Source of the DNA: Trueperaceae bacterium
GTDB taxonomy: Bacteria; Deinococcota; Deinococci; Deinococcales; Trueperaceae
Length of the DNA: 64,000 nucleotides
Reading direction: 5' to 3'
Assembly: GCA_965213925.1 (NCBI GenBank)
Contig: OZ243927.1
Span: 4,192,001-4,256,000 of the forward strand
Shown: positions 9,952-19,379 of the stretch, in pieces
Layout of the letters: each line of letters opens with the position of its first letter
Numbering within the stretch: the stretch's first letter is position 1
Translations under genes and position numbers: made by a program
The notes under the pieces: generated by a model
What the model saw: the letters and a program-made list of their open reading frames with translations, nothing else
Databases searched by the model: none
What the model was told of the DNA's origin: nothing

Positions 9952-11306
9952 ACCCAGCCCTGTTCACGCGCGTAGCGCTGCAAGACCTCTTCCGCCTCGT
10001 CTCGGTTTCGCACGTCCCCTACCGCCTCCGCTTCTTGTACCAGGCGTACCGCCTCGCCAACCCTTGGACCCGGCTCGAGACCTAAAAGCGCCATCACGTC
10101 GCGCCCGTCTAAAAGAGGTCTGTCAGGCGCAGGTTCGGCGAGGATTTCTAAAACGCGCCCTAATGCTAAGCGGTACGCCTGCCGCCCTGCCGCCGACGCT
10201 CTGCGCCCCCGCGCCGCCTCGCGGTCGGCGATCATCAGCTTTAAGAGGTCGGGCAGCAGCTCGCGGCGGCGGTGGACGAACCTTCGCGCCTCCTTCTGAT
10301 TTTTGGGCAGCGGCAGCATGTGGTAGCGCACGAGCGCGCCCACGCGCTCGGCAAGCTCGCCCGGCTGACGCAAGCGGCGCAGCATCCTCTTGGCGATGTC
10401 GCTGCCGACCTTATCGTGCGCGTAGAAGGTCATGCGGTTCCTAAACTCGTCGTAGTCTCTCGTCGGCGGCTTGCCGATGTCGTGCAGGAGCGTCCCCCAG
10501 CGCAGCGCGAGGTCGGCGTCGGGGAAGCCGTTCAGAAGTTGATTAAGCGCCTCTATAGAATGGTCCAGCACGTCCAGGTGATGCAAGCTGCCCTGTTCGG
10601 TTCCTTCAGCGTCGGCGAGTTCGGGGAGGTAGACGTTCATAAGCCCCAGTTCGTGAAGCAGCTTGACGCCCCGCGCGGCGCGCGCGCTCGACATGAGCTG
10701 GTTTAACTCTTCGCCTACGCGCTCCCAGGCGGGAAGAGGTTCGCCTCCGGTGAGCTGCGCGGCGGCGTGTCGGCGAATCGCCGCCAGCGTCTCCCCTTCT
10801 AGCGCAAACCCTAACGTCGCCGTAAAGCGCACCCCGCGAAGTGGGCGCAAGGGGTCGCTGTAGAGGTTCTCCCGGCTCACCATCCTGAGCGTCTGCGCTC
10901 GCAAGTCTTCACGTCCGCCTGTCGGGTCGATGAGGTCGCCTGCTAAATCCAACGCTAGGGCGTTGACGGTGAAGTCTCGAGCCTCCAAATTCTCCTCGAT
11001 GTCACCCACCAGCGGCGCGTAGTCCCGCGTTTCACCCCCCGCCACAACCCGCCAATGCCCCCTCGCTTCGTCCAACACGAAGGCGCTGCCACCAAGCGCA
11101 TCCCCCGCCTCTTTCGCGCTCCGCTCGGGGTTAGGGACGACCCAATCGAGGTCGTTCGTCTTTCGCCCCAAGAGCGTGTCGCGCACCGCGCCGCCGACCA
11201 AATAACCGCCCCCAGAATTCGGTGCGGGCAGTGGCGTAAACTGATGCATGTCCACTTTAGGGTCCGGCTCTGTTTTCGTTTTGAATAGCCTCGAGAAAAG
11301 CTTCAT
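9948..11306 (-). CDS. class II tRNA nucleotidyltransferase with HD domain (probably CC-adding type)
   Basis: LVGGAVRD..DLD, RDFTVNA, DPLRPLRGVRF, LLHDIGKP; start 7 nt after TATAAT. Confidence 0.88.
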   Translation of the reverse strand: MKLFSRLFKTKTEPDPKVDMHQFTPLPAPNSGGGYLVGGAVRDTLLGRKTNDLDWVVPNPERSAKEAGDALGGSAFVLDEARGHWRVVAGGETRDYAPLVGDIEENLEARDFTVNALALDLAGDLIDPTGGREDLRAQTLRMVSRENLYSDPLRPLRGVRFTATLGFALEGETLAAIRRHAAAQLTGGEPLPAWERVGEELNQLMSSARAARGVKLLHELGLMNVYLPELADAEGTEQGSLHHLDVLDHSIEALNQLLNGFPDADLALRWGTLLHDIGKPPTRDYDEFRNRMTFYAHDKVGSDIAKRMLRRLRQPGELAERVGALVRYHMLPLPKNQKEARRFVHRRRELLPDLLKLMIADREAARGRRASAAGRQAYRLALGRVLEILAEPAPDRPLLDGRDVMALLGLEPGPRVGEAVRLVQEAEAVGDVRNRDEAEEVLQRYAREQGWV

Positions 11307-11318
11307 CAAGGTCATTAT

Positions 11319-11918
11319 ATGAAACCCAAGCGCACCGGGCTCACGGGCAACATCGGCTCGGGCAAGTCCACCGTCGCGCAGATGCTCGTAGAGAAAGGCG
11401 CGGCGCTCATCGACTCGGACGCACTCGCGAGAGAAGCGACCAAAGACCCGGATATTTTGCGAAGAATCGCGGACGCGCTAGGCGACGACCTCATCCGAGA
11501 GGGCGAACTCGACCGACCTAGGGCGGCGGAGCGCGTGTTCGGCGACAAGGAAGCGAGGGAGGCGCTGAACGGAATTATTCACCCGTGGGTGCGGCGTAAG
11601 AGCGAAGAACGCGCAGAAGAACTAGAGAGGCGAGCCTCTCCACCCGAAGTGATTTTACTGGACATTCCGCTGCTCTACGAAAACGGTTTAGAAGAGGGTC
11701 TGGACGCGGTCATCGTGGTGGACGCACCCTTGGAGACTCGTGTAGCGCGCGTGCAGGAGCGCAGCGGCTTGAGCGAGCAAGAGGTCAGGGCGAGAGACGA
11801 CGCGCAGATGCCGCTAGAAGAGAAGGTCGCGCGGGCGGACTATGTGGTGGATAACAGCGGAGATAAAGAGGCGCTCGAGCCGCAGCTCGAGCGCCTTTGG
11901 TCGCAACTCACCGCTTGA
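11319..11918 (+). CDS. coaE: dephospho-CoA kinase
   Basis: GLTGNIGSGKSTV, IIHPWV, DIPLLYE, ADYVVDN. Confidence 0.96.
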   Translation: MKPKRTGLTGNIGSGKSTVAQMLVEKGAALIDSDALAREATKDPDILRRIADALGDDLIREGELDRPRAAERVFGDKEAREALNGIIHPWVRRKSEERAEELERRASPPEVILLDIPLLYENGLEEGLDAVIVVDAPLETRVARVQERSGLSEQEVRARDDAQMPLEEKVARADYVVDNSGDKEALEPQLERLWSQLTA

Positions 11919-12413
11919 TTAGGGGTGAATGTTGTAGCCAAAGCGCAGCTTTACGCCAAAGGCATTGGCTTCGCTCGAGCTGGACGAACCGCCCAATCCA
12001 CTTGCAATGTAGTAACCAGGGTTAAGCTCAGTGAAAAAGCTAAAGTGCGAGGTAAGACGGAGTTGAACACCGCCGACACCATAAAGATTCAATACCGTAC
12101 CGTTACCAGCAGCCAGTCCCGCTCCCACGCCAAGATAAAAAAGTGGACGTTTCGATAAGGGGAAGAGGAGGTCGCCGCTCAGCTCGAGCGAAGCAAAGTC
12201 GGTGCTAATCACCTCTCTAAATCCAAAGGGTCCGAATAGGTTGTAGTCACCTGCGTGGATTTCAGCCGCAATGGGAGGAAGAACGATGAGATCATTATAA
12301 AAATCCGCTGCTGGACCTAGCTCGAGTTTAAGACCCGTTCCAATAAACTCACTCGACTGCGCCGAAGCGCCACCCGAAACCATTAAAACGAAAAGTAAAA
12401 GAATCTGTTTCAT
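11919..12413 (-). CDS. putative small outer-membrane beta-barrel protein
   Basis: Signal peptide, alternating hydrophobic strands, C-terminal LRFGYN; paralog of 12766-13224. Confidence 0.7.
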   Translation of the reverse strand: MKQILLLFVLMVSGGASAQSSEFIGTGLKLELGPAADFYNDLIVLPPIAAEIHAGDYNLFGPFGFREVISTDFASLELSGDLLFPLSKRPLFYLGVGAGLAAGNGTVLNLYGVGGVQLRLTSHFSFFTELNPGYYIASGLGGSSSSSEANAFGVKLRFGYNIHP

Positions 12414-12522
12414 CTGTCTCCTTAAAGGCTCCTTGAGCCCTGGGGAAACGTACCACGCGCATTTTTAAGCCTCCGCGCATTTTTGCACAAGAAAGCAAAA
12501 GGGTGCTCGGAGTTTCACTCAG

Positions 12523-12689
12523 TACACTGTTAGCTAAAAAATGAAGCATGTCATTCTGAACGCAACGAAGTGGAGTGAAAGAATCTCTGACCTTGCTGAC
12601 TCCTCTGACAGAGAACGAAAGGCGAGACCCTTACGCCTTCGGCTCAGGGTGACATCAGCAATAAGTAGCAAAACTTAATTAACGGTGTA
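12523..12689. mobile_element. MITE/REP-like element family A, compact copy
   Basis: Imperfect 15-bp TIRs TACACTGTTAGCTAA / TTAATTAACGGTGTA, flanking CTCAG duplication, internal TGTCATTCTGAAC...TCAGGGTGACA palindrome. Confidence 0.82.
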
Positions 12690-12706
12690 CTCAGTTTTAT
12701 AAACGT

Positions 12707-12738
12707 AAAAGAGGGCTGAGACGCGCCCAGCCCTCTTC
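12707..12738 (-). terminator. intrinsic terminator
   Basis: AAAAGAGGGCTG...CAGCCCTCTT hairpin downstream of the 12766 gene. Confidence 0.7.
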
Positions 12739-12765
12739 GGGTTATTGCGTGTAAGCCTAGTAAGC

Positions 12766-13224
12766 CTAAAGGTCGAAGTTCACCCCGAAGCGGAGCGCCG
12801 CGCCGAACTCGCTGTCGCCGTCACCGATGTAGATGCCGGGGGCAACTTCGGCGAAGATGGAGAGCTGGTCAGAAGCTAAGAAGTCAACCCCGCCCACACT
12901 GCGGATGTTAAAGAACGCGCCGTCACCGATATAAATTCCTAAGCCGCCGCCTACATATGGCGTCAGTTCAGCGTTGCTGGTCTGGAAGGGAAAAAGGGCG
13001 TCGCCTGCTAGCTTGATGTAAACGTCCGGGCTGAGCCCTAACCCTAACGTTCCTCTGCCGCCGAACGACCCGAATAGTCCGTAATCGCCTACGTGACCAT
13101 CTAAAGAAACGAACGTCGGACCGACAAACTCGAGTTCGATACTGCCCCCGGCGAAGAGGTCCGACTGAGCCGAGGCGCTGCTCAGCCCGATGACGACCAA
13201 CAGTACGATAAGAATACGCTTCAT
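12766..13224 (-). CDS. putative small outer-membrane beta-barrel protein
   Basis: Signal peptide (SASAQ), TPYVGGGLG, C-terminal LRFGVNFDL; RBS GGAGGAG. Confidence 0.75.
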   Translation of the reverse strand: MKRILIVLLVVIGLSSASAQSDLFAGGSIELEFVGPTFVSLDGHVGDYGLFGSFGGRGTLGLGLSPDVYIKLAGDALFPFQTSNAELTPYVGGGLGIYIGDGAFFNIRSVGGVDFLASDQLSIFAEVAPGIYIGDGDSEFGAALRFGVNFDL

Positions 13225-13514
13225 AGTTCTCCTCCAAAGATGATGTGGACCCGAAAGTGTTGTGGATAGGGAGCCCGAAGGGAGTATAGCTTATTTCACA
13301 CGTAAGGTCATCTATCTCATGATGAGGGCTGCTGGGCGGCGTATTGTACAGAATTACATAGCTTACTTATCCTAACTGAGGGCGTCTGAGCTTACTATCA
13401 CAGATAGGCATGGCTTCGTTTGAAAGAACGAAGCCATGCAACCTCGTATTAGCAGCACGAAAAAAGGCTGAGGATAGCCCTCAGCCTCATCGGATTTTAC
13501 GTCCCGCTCGAGCC

Positions 13515-15239
13515 TTACTCCCAGTCCACCTCGGTCTCGCTGTACGAGGTGACGCCCTCCTCAGAGCGCTCGCTGTAGCTGACGCTGTCGCCGAGCCTCG
13601 AGGCGACGAAGCTGAGAAACTCCTCTAAAACGCTGCTCGCGTTCTCCACCTCGTCGAAGTTGAGACCCGACGCGCCGCCTAAACCGGCGGCAAGCTCCAA
13701 CTGAGACCCGATCTGCTGCGCCGAGCCTTCGAGCGTTGCCTGGGCGTCCGAGTAGGCGGCGCTACTGGCACCTTCTGGCACGACGCCGAAGTCGACGTCC
13801 AAGGGCTCCTCCGCCTCTAAAACGCTCCGCATGGCGTCCTCTGTCGTGGCGATGAGCGCGTAGCCGTCCGTGACGGCGTAGGAGAGGCTGACGCCGTCGG
13901 TGACGTCGTATTGCGTGACCTCCACGTCACCGATTTGCGCCGTGCTCGACGTTGCGCCGCCCGAGCCGCCCATCGGATCGCTAAAGGCGGCGATGGACCG
14001 GCTGAGACTTTCGAAGAGCACGGCTAAGCCCTCCTCAGCCTCACTTTCGTCGCTCGCCCGGATGAGGTAGACGGCTTCGCCCAAAAGGTTCTCGCTCGGC
14101 ACACCCGGCTCAGCGACCTCGCTCAAGCCCGTCGTCACGGTAACGACTTGTCCGTCTGACCAGTCGAAGAAGCTTTGACGCAAGTTGACGCCCGTGAAGG
14201 ATAAAAGGAGGCTGTCCAGATCGCCGCCCAACTCGGGCACGCTCGTCGCTAAGCTATTGAGGTAGTCGTACCAGCCGGAGAGGTCCGTGGCGCTGACGCT
14301 GTAGCCGAGCGCGTCCTCGGGGGCGAAACGTTGCGTGTCTAAGTCCGCCGCCTCGCCGCTCGTCAAGAGGTCGTACAGCCCGCTGTCGCCACCCGCCTCG
14401 TTCACCGCTTGAAAGCCCTCTGTGACGACGCCCTCGTCCGTGAGCCGCGCCACGCCGCCTGTCACGCCCGCCGTCTGAAACGCTGAGCTAAGCCTCGAGA
14501 TGAACTGGTCGAAACCGAGCCCTTGCGAGAAAGGTTGAGCGACGTCAGCGATGCCTGCGTAGTCTAAGTAGCCGTAGAACGTGCCGCCTGAGAGCGTGCC
14601 GAGCGTCTGCGCGTAGCCCTCGCTCTCCGCGAAGTTGGGCTCGCTCGCGCCGCCCAAGCGCCGCAGTACGCCGCGCAGCACCTCGGGGTTGGTCGAGATC
14701 ATCAAGAGGTCGTCGGCTTGCGCGTAGGCGACGACCTGGATGGGGTCGGCGTCGGGGGTGGGAAGTTGGTAGAAGGTGTAGTCACCTTCGGTGAAACTCT
14801 CGGGGTTCTCTTGAGCGTTGGCTTGCTCGAGCAGCGGACCGACCTGCTCCACCGCTTCGGGCGTAAGCTGCGTGACGAGCGTCGCCGCAGGTAGTGGGCT
14901 AAAGGACGAGGCGGATAGCGCGATCCACGCCTCTTGCCCCAGCACCTCTAAGCTGAGGAGCGCGCCCAGCTCGTCGGATTCCGCCATCTCGCCCATGCCG
15001 CCGGTCGCGCCCACGTCCTGCGACTCGAATAATGTCGTAAGCGCCTCGCCGACTTCCAAACGCTCGAATTCAGCCTGGAAGGGCTCCAACCGCTCTTCCG
15101 CTTCGCTGAGCCCCTGCATCCCGAGCGCGAAGATGGTGTCTTCGGGCAACAGCTCGGCTAAGTCTTGCGCGGCGGCGAAGCTGCCAAAAACAAGCCCCAA
15201 GGTGAGTGAGAGTAGAATGGTGAATTTTCGTAATGCCAT
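13515..15239 (-). CDS. secreted acidic hypothetical protein (DUF3352-like)
   Basis: Signal peptide AAAQ then LAELLPEDT; long ORF with AGGAGG RBS. Confidence 0.7.
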   Translation of the reverse strand: MALRKFTILLSLTLGLVFGSFAAAQDLAELLPEDTIFALGMQGLSEAEERLEPFQAEFERLEVGEALTTLFESQDVGATGGMGEMAESDELGALLSLEVLGQEAWIALSASSFSPLPAATLVTQLTPEAVEQVGPLLEQANAQENPESFTEGDYTFYQLPTPDADPIQVVAYAQADDLLMISTNPEVLRGVLRRLGGASEPNFAESEGYAQTLGTLSGGTFYGYLDYAGIADVAQPFSQGLGFDQFISRLSSAFQTAGVTGGVARLTDEGVVTEGFQAVNEAGGDSGLYDLLTSGEAADLDTQRFAPEDALGYSVSATDLSGWYDYLNSLATSVPELGGDLDSLLLSFTGVNLRQSFFDWSDGQVVTVTTGLSEVAEPGVPSENLLGEAVYLIRASDESEAEEGLAVLFESLSRSIAAFSDPMGGSGGATSSTAQIGDVEVTQYDVTDGVSLSYAVTDGYALIATTEDAMRSVLEAEEPLDVDFGVVPEGASSAAYSDAQATLEGSAQQIGSQLELAAGLGGASGLNFDEVENASSVLEEFLSFVASRLGDSVSYSERSEEGVTSYSETEVDWE

Positions 15240-15363
15240 GAACGCCTCCTGGTATCTACTATTTTGCATCTACTACCTTACAAAGAATACCGCCCCTCAC
15301 CAGTTTAGAGAGGGACGGTTTAGATTTAATGAAGCTGGCTAAAGGTAAGGTGGTCTCGAGCCT

Positions 15364-17355
15364 CTAGCCTAGAAGCCCTTGCGCTACTTTCGCGATGTTA
15401 TCGGGCGTGAAGCCGAGCTTCTCCATCACGACGTCGCCGTCTGCTGACGCGCCGAAGCGGTCTAGGGTCACGGTCGCGCCGTCCAAGCCGACGTACTTGT
15501 GCCAGCCGAGCGTCGCGCCCGCTTCGACTGCGACTCTCGCCCGCACCGACGAGGGCAAAATGGACTCGCGGTAAGACTCGTCTTGCGCGTCGAAGAGTTC
15601 GAAGCACGGCATACTCACCACGCGGACGTTCGCGCCTGACATCTGCTCTTTCGCCTCCAGGCACTTGTGCACCTCTGAGCCCGTCGCGATCAAGATGACG
15701 TCGGGCGAGCCGTCCGAATCCGAGATGATGTAGCCGCCTTTCTCAACGCTGCTTTTAGGCACGTCCAAGTTGGGCACATCTTGCCGCGTGAAAACCAGGG
15801 CTACGGGATGCTTGCTGCCCACCGCGTACGCCCACGCCTGCGCCGCTTCGTTGCCGTCAGCGGGACGAATCACGTTCATGTGAGGGATGGCCCTAAGCGC
15901 CATGAGTTGTGCAATCGGCTGGTGCGTCGGTCCGTCGCCGCCAAGTCCGATGGAATCGTGCGTGAAGACGTAGATGACGGGCTGCTCCATCAATGCCGCC
16001 AAGCGCAAGCTCGGGCGCAAGTAGTCCGAGAAGATGAGGAACGTGCCGACAAAAGGTTTGACACCGCCGTGCAGCGACATGCCGTTCGCCGCCGCCGCCA
16101 TCGCGTGCTCGCGCACCCCGAAGTAGATGTTGCGCCCCGCGTACTCACCGCGCTTGATAATCTCCGTATCGTCAATGTCGGTTTTAGTGGAGCCTGCAAG
16201 GTCCGCTGAGCCGCCCAAAAGCTGCGGTACGTGCTTCGCTAAAGCGTTCAGCGCCGCATTTGAGGCTTTGCGCGTCGCGGTCTCCTCGCCCGTCTCGAAT
16301 TTGGGGAGGTACTGCTCCAAGTCGTCTGGCAACTCGTCCGCCATGACCGCTTCGAACTGCTTGGCTAAGTCGGGAAACTCATTCTTGTAGTTCTCAAAGC
16401 GCTCCTGCCACTCCTGCTCGGCTTTTTCGCCCCGCTCGACCGCCTCCAAGTAGTGCTCCTTCACGTCGTCCGGTACGGTAAAAGGCTCCCAGTCGATCTT
16501 TAAGTTCTCTTTCGCCTCTTTTGCGCCCTCATCACCTAAGGGTGAACCGTGAACCTCGTGCGTATCCTCATTTGGCGCACCGAAACCAATAATCGAGCGC
16601 ACTGCGATGATGCTGGGCTTGCCCGTCTCGTCCTTGGCGTTTTGAACGGCTTCTTCAATCGCCGCGACATCGTTGCCGTCCGTCACGCGCTGGGTGTGCC
16701 AGCCGTACGCCTCGTAGCGCTTCATTACATCTTCGCTAAAGGAGACGTTCGAGTCTGCGTCCAGCGTGATTTCGTTCGCGTCATAAAGCACGATGAGTTT
16801 GCCCAAACCCAAGTGACCCGCTAAGGAGCCCGACTCCGCCGTGACCCCTTCCATGATGTCGCCATCCGAGGCGATCACGTAGGTGTAGTGGTCCACAATC
16901 TCGTGACCGGGGCGATTATAAATTGCCGCTAGGTGCGCCTCCGCGAGCGCCATCCCCGCCGCTGTTGCGAGACCTTGTCCGAGCGGTCCCGTCGTGGTCT
17001 CAACGCCTGGCGTCAGAAAGTGCTCGGGATGCCCCGGCGTCTTGCTCTCCCACTGGCGGTAGCCCTTGAGGTCCTCCATCGAGAGGTCGAAGCCCGTGAG
17101 GTGCAAGAGGCTGTACTGGAGCATCGAGCCGTGCCCGGCTGACTGAATATAGCGGTCCCGGTTTGCCCACTGCGGGTTTTTCGGGTTGAAGTTCATCGTC
17201 TCTTTGAACAATACGTAGCCCATCGGCGCTGCGCCCATCGGCATTCCGGGGTGCCCCGAGCCCGCTGCCTGCGTTGCGTCTATGGTGAGGGCGCGAATCG
17301 TATTGATGGCGCGTTGCTGAAGTTCGCTGACGTTTTTCTCTATCGTCTGTGGCAT
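15364..17355 (-). CDS. tkt: transketolase
   Basis: [41 protein letters not shown]. Confidence 0.97.
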   Translation of the reverse strand: MPQTIEKNVSELQQRAINTIRALTIDATQAAGSGHPGMPMGAAPMGYVLFKETMNFNPKNPQWANRDRYIQSAGHGSMLQYSLLHLTGFDLSMEDLKGYRQWESKTPGHPEHFLTPGVETTTGPLGQGLATAAGMALAEAHLAAIYNRPGHEIVDHYTYVIASDGDIMEGVTAESGSLAGHLGLGKLIVLYDANEITLDADSNVSFSEDVMKRYEAYGWHTQRVTDGNDVAAIEEAVQNAKDETGKPSIIAVRSIIGFGAPNEDTHEVHGSPLGDEGAKEAKENLKIDWEPFTVPDDVKEHYLEAVERGEKAEQEWQERFENYKNEFPDLAKQFEAVMADELPDDLEQYLPKFETGEETATRKASNAALNALAKHVPQLLGGSADLAGSTKTDIDDTEIIKRGEYAGRNIYFGVREHAMAAAANGMSLHGGVKPFVGTFLIFSDYLRPSLRLAALMEQPVIYVFTHDSIGLGGDGPTHQPIAQLMALRAIPHMNVIRPADGNEAAQAWAYAVGSKHPVALVFTRQDVPNLDVPKSSVEKGGYIISDSDGSPDVILIATGSEVHKCLEAKEQMSGANVRVVSMPCFELFDAQDESYRESILPSSVRARVAVEAGATLGWHKYVGLDGATVTLDRFGASADGDVVMEKLGFTPDNIAKVAQGLLG

Positions 17356-17590
17356 GTTCTCCTCCTGTGAGATACTTTACGCTTTTCGAGCGGCGGTGTT
17401 TCGTCTCACCTTGTACTGACCCGATTTGTGAGCTAACCCCCTTATATGCTTACCTTAATCGCGGCTCGCCCCTCAGACGTTTCGTCAGCTTGCAAAGTGA
17501 CAGGAGTATCTGGGTGTCAAGGAAGATGGAGATGAAGCCTCGCGAAGCTCTGTCTAAAATAGTTAGTAGAACAGCGAACCTTCTACGCAA

Positions 17591-17735
17591 TACGGATTCC
17601 GGGTGAATCCACTACAAAATACATTCGTATTTTTCCGTTACTCACTTCGTGGAGCTGCGCGATCACCGGAATCCGTAGCTGTTTATACTCGCTACGCTCC
17701 GGTTAATTCCTAAAAGAATTAACCGGAATAGGGTA
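17591..17735. mobile_element. MITE-like element family B, second copy in opposite orientation
   Basis: TACGGATTCCG ... CGGAATAGGGTA ends flanked by CAA on both sides; shares the CTCGC-CGCTC-GGTTAATTC hairpin module with 6254-6386. Confidence 0.72.
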
Positions 17736-17749
17736 CAACACCGGAGCCG

Positions 17750-18241
17750 CTAAACTTCTTCTAAAGGATGGCCCGTAAGGGGGCTTCTAGCGCCCTCCTT
17801 AAAGTCCTCGAGGAGTTCGGGAAAAACGTATACGACGCCGCCCGAGTCAGTAATCCAGATATCTGCTACCCCCTCTTTGATGAGCCCTTTGAGTACCTGA
17901 TGACTCTCAGCGACGCTTAGCTTCGTCGCTGCCGCCACCTCAGAAGCGCTCAGCCGCCCTTTCGCCGAACGAGCGAGCAACATGACATGTCCCTTAACTG
18001 ATGAAGACGGCCTAGGGTCGGGGTGCTCCTTTGCCGGAGGCTCATCGGCTAAAGCGCGTAGGGTGTAGCGCGTTACGAGTCCGCTAGCCCAAGCTGCTGC
18101 GACGAAGCCGAACAGATAAAGAACGCGAAGTTCGCCTTGCGTCAACGCTTTGGTGAGAAGCGCAAGTGCAAATACGGAGCTAAACAGCGCGGCGCTTAAC
18201 CCCGAGCCTGCTATCAGGGAGAGATAACTTTTTCTATCCAT
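17750..18241 (-). CDS. two-TM membrane protein with C-terminal winged-helix-like domain
   Basis: Two hydrophobic helices then GRLSASEVAAATKLSVAESHQVLKGL...GGVVYVFPEL. Confidence 0.7.
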   Translation of the reverse strand: MDRKSYLSLIAGSGLSAALFSSVFALALLTKALTQGELRVLYLFGFVAAAWASGLVTRYTLRALADEPPAKEHPDPRPSSSVKGHVMLLARSAKGRLSASEVAAATKLSVAESHQVLKGLIKEGVADIWITDSGGVVYVFPELLEDFKEGARSPLTGHPLEEV

Positions 18242-18337
18242 AGATGTCCGAAATCCTATTCTCCAAACGTTAGCTCTAGCCTAAACTAACGTGAGAGATG
18301 GAGAGTCTAAAAAATTCTCTTTGGAAGGCTTAGGCGC

Positions 18338-18838
18338 GTGCATCGTCAATTTCATCCTCTTCAACTCAGCGTTGTCGGTCTTATGGCTACGGTCTGGCTC
18401 CTTCACGTTCTACGGCCTGGTACGCAACCCTTCGTGCCATTTCAGGTTATCGACTTGCTGCCTAACCAACTCGGGCATATGCTGTTCGCATCCTTCGGTG
18501 AACTCCTCGGATACCTCGGCGGTCCGGTCGTGCAGGTTGCGTTCCCGCTCAGTTTGTCTTGTTACCTGTTTGCCTCGAGAAAGCTCTTTTTCGTCTCGCT
18601 AGCGCTCTTCTGGGCGGCGCAAAGCCTCTTCGACGTGGCGCTTTACGCCAAGGACGCCCGCGCGCTCACCTTCGTTCTCATAGGGGGTCCGGACCATACC
18701 TGGAACATGATTCTGAGCCGCTTAGACCTCTTAGAACTCGACCAGTTTATAGGTACGCTCATCTACCTGGGCGGCGTTTTCACGCTTTTTGTCGCGCTGC
18801 TGGTGGGCTTACTCGCCGCAAGAAAGTCCGCGCCATGA
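18338..18838 (+). CDS. membrane protein resembling M50-like metallopeptidases, catalytic motif degenerate
   Basis: NQLGH where HExGH is expected; FG...GG..Q, FW, Y..DARA, HTW motifs. Confidence 0.6.
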   Translation: MHRQFHPLQLSVVGLMATVWLLHVLRPGTQPFVPFQVIDLLPNQLGHMLFASFGELLGYLGGPVVQVAFPLSLSCYLFASRKLFFVSLALFWAAQSLFDVALYAKDARALTFVLIGGPDHTWNMILSRLDLLELDQFIGTLIYLGGVFTLFVALLVGLLAARKSAP

Positions 18839-18896
18839 GCATGTCGATGTGGGCGAGTGAGACGCGGACGATGGGCACGCTGAGAGGCGTTCAAAA

Positions 18897-19235
18897 ATGA
18901 CGCTTGCCGCCAGAGTGTGGCGTCTCGCGCGTGCACAGCTCGGTACTTACCTAAACGAGCCGGAAGCGGACACAACTTACCGAACTGGCAAAAACACGCC
19001 CTACGCAGCGGAATACAGCACGCTTCTCGCTGAGTATTACGCAAACTTAGAACTTCCCTACGGCGCACCCGCTGAGGCTGTCAAAACGGCGCGGCGGAGG
19101 CTCCTAAAGGCTTACCACCCGGACCGCTTCGCCTGCGATTCTGAAAAAGCCGACGTAGCAGAGCAGCTTGTTAAGACGCTCAACCGTGCGCATGACGAAC
19201 TGCTTCGCCACCTCGAAGGGGAGCGCCATGCTTGA
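18897..19235 (+). CDS. small J-domain (DnaJ) protein
   Basis: YYANLEL...VKTARRRLLKAYHPD...LNRAHDEL with HPD motif. Confidence 0.85.
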   Translation: MTLAARVWRLARAQLGTYLNEPEADTTYRTGKNTPYAAEYSTLLAEYYANLELPYGAPAEAVKTARRRLLKAYHPDRFACDSEKADVAEQLVKTLNRAHDELLRHLEGERHA

Positions 19236-19379
19236 GGCTGGGATGGCAACGTCTGCGCGGCGTGGTGTGTGCACCTTACGCGCAGAGGTTCGTAACCCAA
19301 ACGCTAAATTTACACTCGCCCACATTTTTAATCTCAACGAACTCAACGCTTTCAGTTCTATCCAAAAGGAGTTATCGCT

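Noticed and set aside
9758..10706. Long plus-strand ORFs (228 and 144 aa)
   Set aside because: Antisense to the tRNA nucleotidyltransferase and GNAT genes; typical high-GC shadow ORFs
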